The translations under genes and the position numbers were made by a program. DNA of 64,000 nt from Sulfurimonas sp. Lineage in GTDB: Bacteria; Campylobacterota; Campylobacteria; Campylobacterales; Sulfurimonadaceae. How positions within the stretch are numbered: position 1 is the first letter of the stretch; every line of letters starts with the position of its first letter. This document shows positions 19,066 through 28,518 of the stretch, piece after piece. The stretch is taken from the NCBI GenBank assembly GCA_034006465.1, contig JAVEST010000001.1, positions 6,116 through 70,115 on the forward strand. The letters are read 5' to 3'. Under the pieces are notes generated by a model. That model had not been told where the DNA came from. It did no database searches and saw only the letters and a program-made list of their open reading frames with translations.

Positions 19066-19941
19066 TCAAAACTTGATTGAGAGGTAGTAGCTTATATCAA
19101 ATAAATCCTCATCATTAAGATAATTGTTCTTATGATAGATAATAAAAGATGGTTTTGTTGTTGTCTCATACTCACTACCAACTAGCCAATCATGATATAC
19201 CCATTGCATAAATCTTAGTATATCTTCACCACTACCTTGGAGATCAAACCTTGCATATACGCCATCAGAGATTTTAAATTTTGGCAATCTATTTGTAAAT
19301 ATCTCCTCTTGCTCATTTGTGATGATGCAAGCTATATATTGGCAACTATTGAGATCTGTGATGGTTGGATTGTCGTGTAAAAGCGCTACCATTTGATAGT
19401 TTTTTATATTATTGTCTAAAATCAGAGTATATAGCTTTTGCCAAGTCTCTTTGACATTGTTTATATATCCATTGTTACGAATATAGTAACTCTCTATTGA
19501 GGGCATCTTAACTATTGTTGCAGATAATTTTGAGTAATCTACATTAGAGTTTGTAGATATATTTGATGCTTGTAAAATGGAGTTTGAGTAGTTTTTATAT
19601 GCACCATTTCTCCAATCTTTTGGCGAGGCATCAAACTTCCCTCTAAAAGCTTTTATAAAAGAGGAGTGAGAGCTATATCCACATAGATTAGCCACTTCTG
19701 AAATGGTAGAGTATCTGTTAGTCAAAAGCAGACTGGCTGCTTTTTGTAGTCTTATGGACTTGATGCTCTCATAGATATTTTTGCCAAATGTATTTTTAAA
19801 TACTTTATGCATATGAAACTTGCTTATACCAAGATTGTGACTTAGTTCAATTAGGTCAATATTTACATCTATATGTGTATAAATATAATACATTATACTG
19901 TTTGATATTTTAGTGTTTTTTTGCAGAGTAATTTTATTCAT
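19066..19941 (-). CDS. AraC-family regulator with a C-terminal GyrI-like ligand-binding domain
   Basis: ISKFHMHKVFK and ISEVANLCGYSSHSSFIKAF double HTH; ALLHDNP.IT...CQYIAC and DGVYARF GyrI-like motifs. Confidence 0.92.
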   Translation of the reverse strand: MNKITLQKNTKISNSIMYYIYTHIDVNIDLIELSHNLGISKFHMHKVFKNTFGKNIYESIKSIRLQKAASLLLTNRYSTISEVANLCGYSSHSSFIKAFRGKFDASPKDWRNGAYKNYSNSILQASNISTNSNVDYSKLSATIVKMPSIESYYIRNNGYINNVKETWQKLYTLILDNNIKNYQMVALLHDNPTITDLNSCQYIACIITNEQEEIFTNRLPKFKISDGVYARFDLQGSGEDILRFMQWVYHDWLVGSEYETTTKPSFIIYHKNNYLNDEDLFDISYYLSIKF

Positions 19942-19946
19942 AAATA

Positions 19947-19955
19947 ATTATAGCA
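19947..19955 (-). promoter_or_regulatory. Extended -10 (TGCTATAAT) of the AraC gene, probably leaderless
   Basis: TGCTATAAT on the minus strand, 5 nt before ATG 19941, no SD. Confidence 0.55.
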
Positions 19956-20090
19956 CCAAAGGATAATAAAAATAACAATTTTAGACAACTTTAACCGTTT
20001 TACTAAACAAATAAATTGACAAAAAAGAAGAAGAATTTCCTTCTACTAATCTACTAAAATAACATCCAAATTTAATACTAGGATATATTT

Positions 20091-21560
20091 ATGCAAAAGA
20101 TAACTAAGATTTTAGTAGCTAATAGAGGGGAGATTGCCCTAAGAATCATAAGAGCTTGTAAAGAACTTGAGATTAAATCAGTAGTTGTTTTTTCAGAAGT
20201 TGATGTCAATGGAATCTGGGTTGCAAGAGCTGATGAGAGCTACCCAATAGTTGGAAATGCAATAGATGCATATCTCAAGTATGACAAAATAATTGATATA
20301 GCAAAAAGAACAAAGTGTGATGCCATCCATCCTGGTTATGGCTTTTTATCAGAAAATGCAGAGTTCGCTCAAGCGTGCGAAGATAATGGTTTGATTTTTA
20401 TAGGACCAAAGCCACATCATATAGAACTCTTTGGAGATAAAATGGCTTCAAAAGTTGCTATGAAAAAGATAGGAGTCCCTGTTTTAGAGGGAACGAGTTC
20501 TCCTATCATAGATGAAGAAGAAGGGAGAAGAATCGCCCTAGAGATAGGTTATCCCATCATAATAAAAGCAGCCTTTGGTGGTGGTGGAAGAGGTATGAGG
20601 ATTGTTCATTTTGCTGATGATTTTTCTAAAATGTTTGCTTCTGCTACAAATGAATCTATAAAGTATTTTGGCAAAGGAGATGTTTTTATAGAAAAATATA
20701 TAGAAAATCCTAGACATATTGAGATTCAAATCATTGCTGATAAATATGCAAATGTGCTCCATTTAGGTGAGCGAGATTGCTCAATTCAGAGGCGACATCA
20801 AAAAGTAATAGAGATAACCCCATCACCGCTTTTAAATGATGAAGTAAGACAAAAACTTTGCACTATCTCTGTAAAAGCTATGAAAAAGCTCGGATATGAG
20901 AGTGTTGGGACAGTTGAATTTTTAGTTGATGAGAAGGATAATATATACTTTATAGAGATGAATACCAGAGTTCAAGTAGAACACCCTGTAACTGAGGTAG
21001 TAACGGGGGTTGATATTATCCAAAGGATGATAGAGATAGCAGCTGGAGATATACTAAAATATAAACAAAGCGAGATACAATTTAGAGGATATGCTATAGA
21101 GTTTAGAATCAACTCAGAAGACCCGCAAAACAACTTTATGCCCACAGCTGGAGTAGTAAAAAAGTATCTTACACCTGGTGGACCTGGAGTAAGGCTTGAT
21201 AGTAGCCTATATAGCGGATATGAAACGCCAACTTGTTATGACTCTATGCTTGGGAAGTTGATTGTGTGGGCACTTGATTGGAATGGAGCAGTTGCTAAGG
21301 CTAGACGAGCATTGGATGAGTTTCATATAGAGGGATTTAAAACAAATATAGCACTTCATAGAGAGATAGTAAGGGATGAGGGTTTTAAAAAAGGAAAATT
21401 TGATACTGGATATCTAGATGCAAATATGACTAAGTTTAATCTAGATGCACAAAGTTCAATTGCTTATGAAGAAGAAAAGACTTTAAAATTAGCAGATAGT
21501 ATTAAGCAAATAAAAGGAAATATCTTAGTGAGACTTGAAAATGATTTTATACTTTACTAA
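20091..21560 (+). CDS. Biotin carboxylase subunit (AccC/PycA family; plausibly a pyruvate/2-oxoglutarate carboxylase A subunit)
   Basis: ANRGEIA, HPGYGFLSEN, GGGGRGMR, RDCSIQRRHQK, EMNTRVQVEH, YDSMLGKLI. Confidence 0.92.
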   Translation: MQKITKILVANRGEIALRIIRACKELEIKSVVVFSEVDVNGIWVARADESYPIVGNAIDAYLKYDKIIDIAKRTKCDAIHPGYGFLSENAEFAQACEDNGLIFIGPKPHHIELFGDKMASKVAMKKIGVPVLEGTSSPIIDEEEGRRIALEIGYPIIIKAAFGGGGRGMRIVHFADDFSKMFASATNESIKYFGKGDVFIEKYIENPRHIEIQIIADKYANVLHLGERDCSIQRRHQKVIEITPSPLLNDEVRQKLCTISVKAMKKLGYESVGTVEFLVDEKDNIYFIEMNTRVQVEHPVTEVVTGVDIIQRMIEIAAGDILKYKQSEIQFRGYAIEFRINSEDPQNNFMPTAGVVKKYLTPGGPGVRLDSSLYSGYETPTCYDSMLGKLIVWALDWNGAVAKARRALDEFHIEGFKTNIALHREIVRDEGFKKGKFDTGYLDANMTKFNLDAQSSIAYEEEKTLKLADSIKQIKGNILVRLENDFILY

Positions 21561-21562
21561 GA

Positions 21563-21633
21563 AGAGAGTTATGATAGAGTTTCATTTACTATATATCTAG
21601 GAGAGTGCTGTGAGAGTTTTAATAGTAGATGAT
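21563..21633 (+). repeat. Right copy of the 71-bp imperfect direct repeat
   Basis: Contains the RBS (GGAG) and GTG start of the LytTR regulator; the left copy has GCG at this codon. Confidence 0.9.
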
Positions 21634-22305
21634 GAAGAGTTAGCAAGACTTAGACTAAAGAGGATGCTTAGTACTTTAGAAGTCAGCCAAGTTGATGAAG
21701 CTTGTGATGCAGATGCTGCTATAGAGCTGATGAAAAGCTCAAAGTATGATGTAGTCTTTTTAGATATAAATATGCCACAAGTAAGCGGTTTAGAACTCGC
21801 TTATGAGATCCGCTATCTTGATGAAAATATCTCTATAATCTTTCAAACTGCTTATGAGCAACACGCTCTAAAAGCTTTTGATATAGGTGCAGTTGGCTAC
21901 CTTGTAAAGCCTTATAGCCTAGATCAGGTAAAAGAGTCTCTGGGTCGGGTTAAGATGCAAGATGCTACTAAGGGTGATATGAGAGTTTTAAGCAAAAATG
22001 CAGACACCTACCTACTTTTAAAACCAGAAGAGATTTTTTATGTAAAGGCTGATCTCTCAGAGGTTATGCTAAGGAGTGCAAAGGGTTTTTCATACTATGC
22101 TCAAAAGATTTCAGACTTAGAGTTAAAACTAAAAATGCACAATTTTGTACGCATCCACCGCTCTTATCTTATAAATATAGATGAGATAAAAGAGATACAA
22201 ACCATAGAGCAGAGCAAGCTAAGGTTTTCATTTAAAAACTGCTCTGACACCATAGACTCAAGTAAAGATGGAGCAAAAGCTTTTAGAGATAGATATAGCA
22301 ACTAG
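21610..22305 (+). CDS. LytTR-family response regulator
   Basis: IVDDEELA, FLDINMP (phospho-Asp), YLVKP, FVRIHRSYLIN LytTR motif. Confidence 0.95.
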   Translation: MRVLIVDDEELARLRLKRMLSTLEVSQVDEACDADAAIELMKSSKYDVVFLDINMPQVSGLELAYEIRYLDENISIIFQTAYEQHALKAFDIGAVGYLVKPYSLDQVKESLGRVKMQDATKGDMRVLSKNADTYLLLKPEEIFYVKADLSEVMLRSAKGFSYYAQKISDLELKLKMHNFVRIHRSYLINIDEIKEIQTIEQSKLRFSFKNCSDTIDSSKDGAKAFRDRYSN

Positions 22306-22352
22306 TGATTTATAAGGGGGTGACATTCAGTCGCTTATTAATCATTTTTTTG

Positions 22353-22358
22353 TATAAT
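22353..22358 (+). promoter_or_regulatory. -10 box of the yajC-secDF operon
   Basis: TATAAT after a T tract, about 30 nt upstream of yajC. Confidence 0.6.
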
Positions 22359-22389
22359 CGCCACAATTTAATAAAAGGACACCACACCC

Positions 22390-22656
22390 ATGGAAATTAT
22401 AGGTCAATTATTACCGTTTGCATTTTTAATCGCAATCATGTATTTTGTAATCATCCGCCCACAACAAAAAGAGGCAAAAGCTAGAAAAGAGATGATAGAA
22501 GCTCTACAAAAAGGCGATAAAGTCGTTACAAATGGTGGCTTCATTGTAGTTATTCATAAAGTTGAAGAGAAGTTTTTAAGTATAAAAATGAATGATGATG
22601 TAATAGCTAAAATATCAAGAGATGCAATCGCAAGAAAGTATGAGGATGAAGCTTAA
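22390..22656 (+). CDS. yajC: Preprotein translocase subunit YajC
   Basis: YFVIIRPQQK, LQKGDKVVTNGG; directly upstream of secD. Confidence 0.95.
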   Translation: MEIIGQLLPFAFLIAIMYFVIIRPQQKEAKARKEMIEALQKGDKVVTNGGFIVVIHKVEEKFLSIKMNDDVIAKISRDAIARKYEDEA

Positions 22657-24217
22657 TTACCGCACAGTAATCTTTGCTATTGCAATAGTATTTGGGCTCT
22701 TCTTCTCAGCTCCTTCACTCTTACAACTCAAAGATGGAAAAAAAATAACGCTAGGACTAGACTTACAAGGTGGCTTGCATCTTCTTTTGGGTGTTAAGAC
22801 CGAAGAGGCTACAAAGTCTCGTGTAAAATCCATAGCGGCTAGTATAAAACACTACACCGAAAGAGAAGATATCTTAGTTGATGCTCTTACTTTTGATGAG
22901 TCATCTATATCATTTTCACTTCTTGATCCTGATGATGTAAAGCGTGTGAAAAACTATTTAAAAGATACGATAGGGATTAGTATAGATGTAAATGGTGAAT
23001 CTTTTTTACTCGAACTTACTCCTGAAGAAGTCGTAAGGACGCAAAAGCAAGCAGTTGATCAAGCTATAGAGACTATAAGAAACAGACTAGACCAGTTTGG
23101 TTTGGCTGAGCCTGAAGTTGCTCGTCAAGGTGATGATAAAATCCTAGTCCAATTAGCTGGTATCAAAACGCAAGAGGATGAGCAAAGAGCAAGAGAGCTT
23201 ATCTCTCGTGCTGCGAAACTTGAACTTATGGCAGTTGATGAAGATAGAGCTGCTAGAGTTCAAAACATGAGTTACGCAGATGCAGCGGCTTATGGGGATA
23301 TCATTTTAGATGATGTTAAAAATCCTGCGATAAAGTATCTTGTTCGTGAGATTCCTATCCTTGATGGAGGGATGCTAACAGATGCTTCTATGGGGTTTGA
23401 TCAAAACAACAGACCACTTATAAACTTCAAGCTAAATGCTGAGGGTGCTGAGATATTTGGAGACTTTACTGGTAAAAATGTTGGAAAAAGACTAGCTGTA
23501 GTTTTAGATGGCAAGGTTTACTCTGCTCCAAACATAAATGAGCGTATCGGTGGAGGTTCAGGGCAGATTTCAGGAAGCTATACTGTTGAAGAGGCAAAAG
23601 ATTTGGCTATCGCTCTTCGCTCAGGTGCACTTTTAGCTCCTATATATGTAATGGAGAAACGCTCTGTTGGTCCTAGTTTGGGAGCTGATAGTATAAAAGC
23701 GAGTATGATAGCTCTTATAGGTGGTTTTGGCTTAGTCGTATTATTTATGATGTTTTATTACAGAGCTGCTGGTGTTGTTGCAAATATAGCGCTTGTTGCT
23801 AACTTGTTTATCATACTAGCTGTAATGAGTCTCTTTGGAGCAACTTTGACTCTTCCTGGGATGGCTGGAATCGTTCTAACTGTCGGTATGGCAGTTGATG
23901 CCAATGTTATCATCTCAGAGAGAATCAGAGAGCTTTTGCATGAGGGCAAATCTGTGCATAAAGCCATAGAAGAGGGTTACTCAAATGCCATCAGGGCTAT
24001 CCTTGATGCCAATATCACCACGCTTATTGCAGCAGTTGTTCTTTATGCTTATGGAACTGGTGCTATAAAAGGTTTTGCTGTAACTATTAGTATCGGAATT
24101 TTAGCATCTATGCTAACTGCAATTTTGGGTACTCATGGTATATACCAACTCTTAGAAGCTAGGATACAAAAAAGTAAAAACAACCTATTTTGGTTTGGAA
24201 TAAGGGAGTCAAAATGA
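22646..24217 (+). CDS. secD: Protein translocase subunit SecD
   Basis: LGLDLQGG, IRNRLDQFGLAEP, ALRSGAL.AP, GMAVDANV..ERIRE; start at ATG 22646 is my choice. Confidence 0.97.
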   Translation: MKLNYRTVIFAIAIVFGLFFSAPSLLQLKDGKKITLGLDLQGGLHLLLGVKTEEATKSRVKSIAASIKHYTEREDILVDALTFDESSISFSLLDPDDVKRVKNYLKDTIGISIDVNGESFLLELTPEEVVRTQKQAVDQAIETIRNRLDQFGLAEPEVARQGDDKILVQLAGIKTQEDEQRARELISRAAKLELMAVDEDRAARVQNMSYADAAAYGDIILDDVKNPAIKYLVREIPILDGGMLTDASMGFDQNNRPLINFKLNAEGAEIFGDFTGKNVGKRLAVVLDGKVYSAPNINERIGGGSGQISGSYTVEEAKDLAIALRSGALLAPIYVMEKRSVGPSLGADSIKASMIALIGGFGLVVLFMMFYYRAAGVVANIALVANLFIILAVMSLFGATLTLPGMAGIVLTVGMAVDANVIISERIRELLHEGKSVHKAIEEGYSNAIRAILDANITTLIAAVVLYAYGTGAIKGFAVTISIGILASMLTAILGTHGIYQLLEARIQKSKNNLFWFGIRESK

Positions 24218-24235
24218 CTCTAGTTAGGAAGATAT

Positions 24236-25207
24236 ATGGAATTTTTTAAATATACAAGACCCTTTAACTTTATGGGTAAGTCAAAGCTAGCTTTGGCTAT
24301 ATCTATCTTTATGCTCATAGCATCTATAGTAACTCTTTCGACAAAAGGGCTTAACTACGGTATTGACTTTGCTGGTGGAACTATAATTCAAGTAAAATAC
24401 AATGTAGATGCTCCCATAGATGAGATGCGAGAAAAACTAAAGTCAAATGAACTCTTCGATGGTGCATCTATAACAAAGTTTGGTACAGCAGATGAGGTAG
24501 TTATCCGCATGAAAACTGCAACAAGTAGCATCTCTGTAGATATTGGAGATGTGGCTCGTGAGGCTTTAGAGGGAACTGGTGAGTATGAGATAAGAAGAGT
24601 AGATATAGTTGGACCAAAAGTTGGTAACGAGCTAAAAGAAAAAGGAATAATGTCTTTAGTTCTTGCTACAATTGGGATATTAATCTATGTAGCTTTTAGA
24701 TTTGAGTGGCGTTTTGCTGTTGCATCTATTATTGCTCTTGTTCATGATATCACTATAGCAATGGGAGCTATCGCACTAGTAGGTTTAGATGTAAATCTTG
24801 ATGTATTAGCTGCACTTTTAACCATACTAGGTTACTCTCTAAACGATACCATCATTATCTTTGACCGTATTCGTGAAAATATAACAGATAGTAAAAACAC
24901 ACAACTAAGTGAAGTGATAGATGAGTCTATCACCAAAACGCTCTCAAGAACGACTCTGACATCGCTTACAACTTTCTTGGTGGTTTTTATGCTCTTTATG
25001 TTTGGTGGAGAGATTATTCACGCCTTTGCATTTACTCTTTTAGTGGGCATTATAGTTGGAACTTACTCTTCTATATTTATGGCATCACCTATGCTTTTAT
25101 GGTTTGGCTTTGATGTAAGAGCTTACCATGTAAAACTAGCAGATAAGGCAAAAAGAGAACTAGAAAAACAACAAATGCGTGATCAGTTTGAATCTGGAGT
25201 GATGTAA
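24236..25207 (+). CDS. secF: Protein translocase subunit SecF
   Basis: GIDFAGG, VGPKVG.EL, GYSLNDTIIIFDRIRE, GTYSSIF. Confidence 0.97.
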   Translation: MEFFKYTRPFNFMGKSKLALAISIFMLIASIVTLSTKGLNYGIDFAGGTIIQVKYNVDAPIDEMREKLKSNELFDGASITKFGTADEVVIRMKTATSSISVDIGDVAREALEGTGEYEIRRVDIVGPKVGNELKEKGIMSLVLATIGILIYVAFRFEWRFAVASIIALVHDITIAMGAIALVGLDVNLDVLAALLTILGYSLNDTIIIFDRIRENITDSKNTQLSEVIDESITKTLSRTTLTSLTTFLVVFMLFMFGGEIIHAFAFTLLVGIIVGTYSSIFMASPMLLWFGFDVRAYHVKLADKAKRELEKQQMRDQFESGVM

Positions 25208-25299
25208 AACTCTTTTTAAACTTTAGCTTGAGCCTATCTAACAAAGCTCAAGCAACCCTTCATCATCTACCATTCAGTAACCACTTAAGATTTTTTTTG

Positions 25300-25305
25300 T
25301 ATAAT
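25300..25305 (+). promoter_or_regulatory. -10 box upstream of the repeat-containing leader of DUF6394-leuS
   Basis: TATAAT after T8-G, similar in context to the yajC promoter. Confidence 0.55.
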
Positions 25306-25387
25306 CACTCAATTTTAGCTTTAAGAATTTAGGAACTAGACAAGTTTGTGGTTTAATCGCTTTAAAACCAAAAGAGGCACAAGTGCC

Positions 25388-25601
25388 GAGCAAAACTCAG
25401 CGTAGTAAAACGGACTTGTTCGTTTTGCGTGATAAAATAGATGAAGGGTTTCCTTCATTTTACAAAGTAAAATAAAAGAAGAGCAACAAGGTTGCGAGAG
25501 CCTTGCGCTGAGCAAAACTCAGCGTTAGCGTAGTAAAACGGACTTGTTCGTTTTGCGTGATAAAATAGATGAAGGGTTTCCTTCATTTTACAAAGTAAAA
25601 T
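25388..25601 (+). repeat. Tandem duplicated multi-hairpin intergenic element (75-bp identical core)
   Basis: 25399-25473 is identical to 25527-25601; both are preceded by gagcaaaactcagcg (25388, 25510), with a 6-nt insertion in copy 2. Confidence 0.95.
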
Positions 25602-25613
25602 TAAGGAGTATAT

Positions 25614-25952
25614 ATGGATTGGGGTAAAGTAATATATGTTTTTTTCTCGCTAATGAGTTTGACCTCTATAGCGGGTTTTTTATATGAACATAGTGCAGTT
25701 GCACTCTTTGTAGCGGCTAGTTTAAATCTAGTGTCAACTGTGCTTAAAATCGGTGTAAGAAATCTGCTCTCAGCAGAGCTTTTAGCATCTTCACTTGTGG
25801 CTGACTTGCATCTTATTCCAGCTTTTATATACTTAGAGATTGTTGGAAATTTAGAGTGGGCTATAGCACTAACTATTGGTGCACTAATTGCAAATTTATT
25901 TTCTGTTGGACTTGTTTATATCGAGAGTTCAAAGACGCACGAAGAATACTAG
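25614..25952 (+). CDS. DUF6394-like small membrane protein (the conserved gene between secF and leuS in Campylobacterota)
   Basis: MDWGKVIYVFF.LMSLTS, LKIGVRNLLSAELLASSLVADLHLIPAF; strong AAGGAG RBS. Confidence 0.8.
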   Translation: MDWGKVIYVFFSLMSLTSIAGFLYEHSAVALFVAASLNLVSTVLKIGVRNLLSAELLASSLVADLHLIPAFIYLEIVGNLEWAIALTIGALIANLFSVGLVYIESSKTHEEY

Positions 25953-25962
25953 TTTTTTTGCG

Positions 25963-26040
25963 TTAAGACCGCTAGCATCACTAATTGTGAGGATGCCACG
26001 GGTTAGCATTTCTAAAAGCTAGACTCTAATAGAGTCAGAA
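25963..26040. other. GC-enriched intergenic segment with hairpins between DUF6394 and leuS
   Basis: ttgtg-aggatgc-cacgg and gactct-aat-agagtc stems in an otherwise AT-rich spacer. Confidence 0.4.
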
Positions 26041-26065
26041 TTATTTTATAAAGTAGGAACTTTTT

Positions 26066-28516
26066 TTGGATTACAATTTTAAGATTATTGAGAAAAAATG
26101 GCAAGATTTTTGGGCTAAAAATAATAGTTTTGAGCCTAGTGAAGACTTCAGTAAAGAGAAAAAATATATACTAAGTATGTTTCCATTTCCAAGTGGAAGA
26201 CTGCATATGGGGCATGTTCGTAACTACTCTATTAGTGATGCTTTTGCTCGCTATTATCGTCAACAAAACTTCAATGTACTTCACCCCATAGGATTTGATA
26301 GTTTTGGGATGCCAGCTGAAAATGCAGCTATAAAAAATAATGCTGATCCAAAAGAGTGGACTTATGACAACATAGACTATATGAGAGGTGAGTTTAAATC
26401 TTTGGGATTTTCTTTTTCTAAAAAAAGAGAGTTTGCAACGAGTGATGAGCTATATACTAAGTTTGAGCAAGGCTTTATTATAGATATGTATGAAAAAGGC
26501 TTGATGTATAGTCAAAAAGGACTACTCAACTGGTGCCCTCATGATCAAACAGTTTTAGCAAATGAGCAGGTTATTGATGGATGTTGCTGGAGATGCGACA
26601 CTCCTATAGTTAAAAAAGATATGAATCAGTACTACTTTAAGATTAGTGAGTATGGAGATGAACTTTTAAGCTCACTTAAAAACCTAGAGGGTGGCTGGCC
26701 AAAACAAGTTTTAACTATGCAAGAAAACTGGATAGGAAAGTCAAATGGTTTGGCCTTTCATCTCTTTTTTGACTCGGCATCTAAAGATAGACTAAACAAC
26801 ATATTTGACTCTTTTGATGTCTTTACAACTCGTCCTGATACTATCTATGGTGTGACATACACAGCCTTAGCACCTGAACATAAAATCGTAACATATATGA
26901 TAGAAAATAAGTTACTAAGTGATGAAGTGGCATCTAAAATACAAGTGATGAAAAACACCTCTTCTATAGATAGACAAAAAGAGAAATCTGGTGTGCCTCT
27001 AGGTATTAGCGTGATTCATCCACTTACAAAAAAAGAAATCCCTGTGTGGGTAGCTAACTTTGTTTTGATGGACTATGGAAGCGGCGCTGTAATGGCAGTT
27101 CCAGCTCACGATGAGAGAGATTTTGAGTTTGCTAAAAAGTATAACTTGGAGATAAAATCAGTTATCAAACCATATGATAAAGAGCTAAATGAGCAAGCGG
27201 CTTTTACAGAAGTTGGAGAACTTTTTAACTCTGAGAGTTTTGATGGACAAAATTCGCTAGAGTCTCAAGCTGGCATCATAAAGCACTTTGAAGATGCAAA
27301 GATAGGTAAAAAAACAACCAACTATAAACTAAAAGACTGGGGAGTTAGTCGCCAGAGATATTGGGGCGCGCCTATCCCTTTTGTGCATTGTGACTCGTGT
27401 GGTTTGGTGATGGAGAAAAAAGAGAATCTCCCAATCGCACTTCCAGCAGATGCCAAGATAACAGGCGAGGGTAACCCACTTGAGAGGCATCCAACTTGGA
27501 AATATTGTAAATGTCCAAAATGTGGAGAAGATGCAATAAGAGAGACCGATACTATGGACACTTTCGTTGAGTCTTCATGGTACTTTTTACGTTTTTGTGC
27601 ATCAGAAAACAACTGGCAAGATGAGGCTTTTTCAAAAGAGCAGATAGCTTACTGGATGGGAGTTGATCAATATATCGGCGGGATAGAACACGCCATACTG
27701 CATCTTTTATATGCAAGATTTTTTACAAAAGTTTTTCGTGATTTGGGTTACTTAGACTTTGATGAGCCTTTTGATAATCTTCTTACTCAAGGAATGGTTC
27801 TAAAAGATGGTGCAAAAATGTCAAAATCTAAAGGCAACACAGTGGACCCTGATGCCATTATAGAAAAATATGGTGCAGATACAGCTAGGCTTTTTATACT
27901 TTTTGCGGCTCCTCCTACTCAAGAACTAGAGTGGAATGATAGCGCAGTTGAGGGTGCTTATAGGTTTATAAAAAGATTTTACGAGCGAAGCGTAAATGTA
28001 GATAAATCCAAATCTATTCCTAAGATAGACGACTCTACTCTTAGTAAAGAAGAAAAATTTGCAAGAGTAAAAGTTTATGAAGCGCTAGTTCGCTCAAATG
28101 ATGTTTATAATGAAAAATACACGTTTAACACTCTTATAGCTGGGGTTATGGAAGCTATGAATGCACTAAACCTACAGCATAACAGAGATGTTTGGAGTGA
28201 AGCTTACTGGATATTTTGTTCTATTATGGAGCCTATCATCCCTCATGTTTGTTATGATATAAGTAGTGAGAAATTTGGACTTGCTAACTTAGCGCCTCAA
28301 GTTGTTCTTGATGAAGTCTTTGTTCAAGATAGCGTTATGCTTGGTGTATCTATAAATGGTAAAAGAAGAACAGAGATAGAAGTTAGTGTAGATGCTAGTG
28401 ATGCAGATATCATAGAGCTTGCAAAAGAAGCAGCTTCAAAATGGCTTGAAGATAAGACAATCGTAAAAGAGATAGTAGTACCTAAAAAACTTGTAAATAT
28501 CGTAGTAAAAGGATAG
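26066..28516 (+). CDS. leuS: Leucine--tRNA ligase
   Basis: [13 protein letters not shown] (HIGH-type), [22 protein letters not shown]. Confidence 0.98.
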   Translation: MDYNFKIIEKKWQDFWAKNNSFEPSEDFSKEKKYILSMFPFPSGRLHMGHVRNYSISDAFARYYRQQNFNVLHPIGFDSFGMPAENAAIKNNADPKEWTYDNIDYMRGEFKSLGFSFSKKREFATSDELYTKFEQGFIIDMYEKGLMYSQKGLLNWCPHDQTVLANEQVIDGCCWRCDTPIVKKDMNQYYFKISEYGDELLSSLKNLEGGWPKQVLTMQENWIGKSNGLAFHLFFDSASKDRLNNIFDSFDVFTTRPDTIYGVTYTALAPEHKIVTYMIENKLLSDEVASKIQVMKNTSSIDRQKEKSGVPLGISVIHPLTKKEIPVWVANFVLMDYGSGAVMAVPAHDERDFEFAKKYNLEIKSVIKPYDKELNEQAAFTEVGELFNSESFDGQNSLESQAGIIKHFEDAKIGKKTTNYKLKDWGVSRQRYWGAPIPFVHCDSCGLVMEKKENLPIALPADAKITGEGNPLERHPTWKYCKCPKCGEDAIRETDTMDTFVESSWYFLRFCASENNWQDEAFSKEQIAYWMGVDQYIGGIEHAILHLLYARFFTKVFRDLGYLDFDEPFDNLLTQGMVLKDGAKMSKSKGNTVDPDAIIEKYGADTARLFILFAAPPTQELEWNDSAVEGAYRFIKRFYERSVNVDKSKSIPKIDDSTLSKEEKFARVKVYEALVRSNDVYNEKYTFNTLIAGVMEAMNALNLQHNRDVWSEAYWIFCSIMEPIIPHVCYDISSEKFGLANLAPQVVLDEVFVQDSVMLGVSINGKRRTEIEVSVDASDADIIELAKEAASKWLEDKTIVKEIVVPKKLVNIVVKG

Positions 28517-28518
28517 TT

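Noticed and set aside
25226-25253. gcttgagc/gctcaagc hairpin as the secF terminator
   Set aside because: 12-nt loop and no U tract on either strand; plausible but not supportable.
25332-25343. 12-mer ggaactagacaa shared with 41566-41577
   Set aside because: Many 12-mer matches are expected by chance in 64 kb.
25388-25601. Possible CRISPR array
   Set aside because: Only two units of about 86-92 bp, no regular unique spacers and no cas genes.
25306-25613. T-box or leucine attenuator upstream of leuS
   Set aside because: No T-box consensus is visible. The only small ORF (TTG 25346-25405, MWFNRFKTKRGTSAEQNSA) has no internal Leu codons and a poorly spaced RBS.
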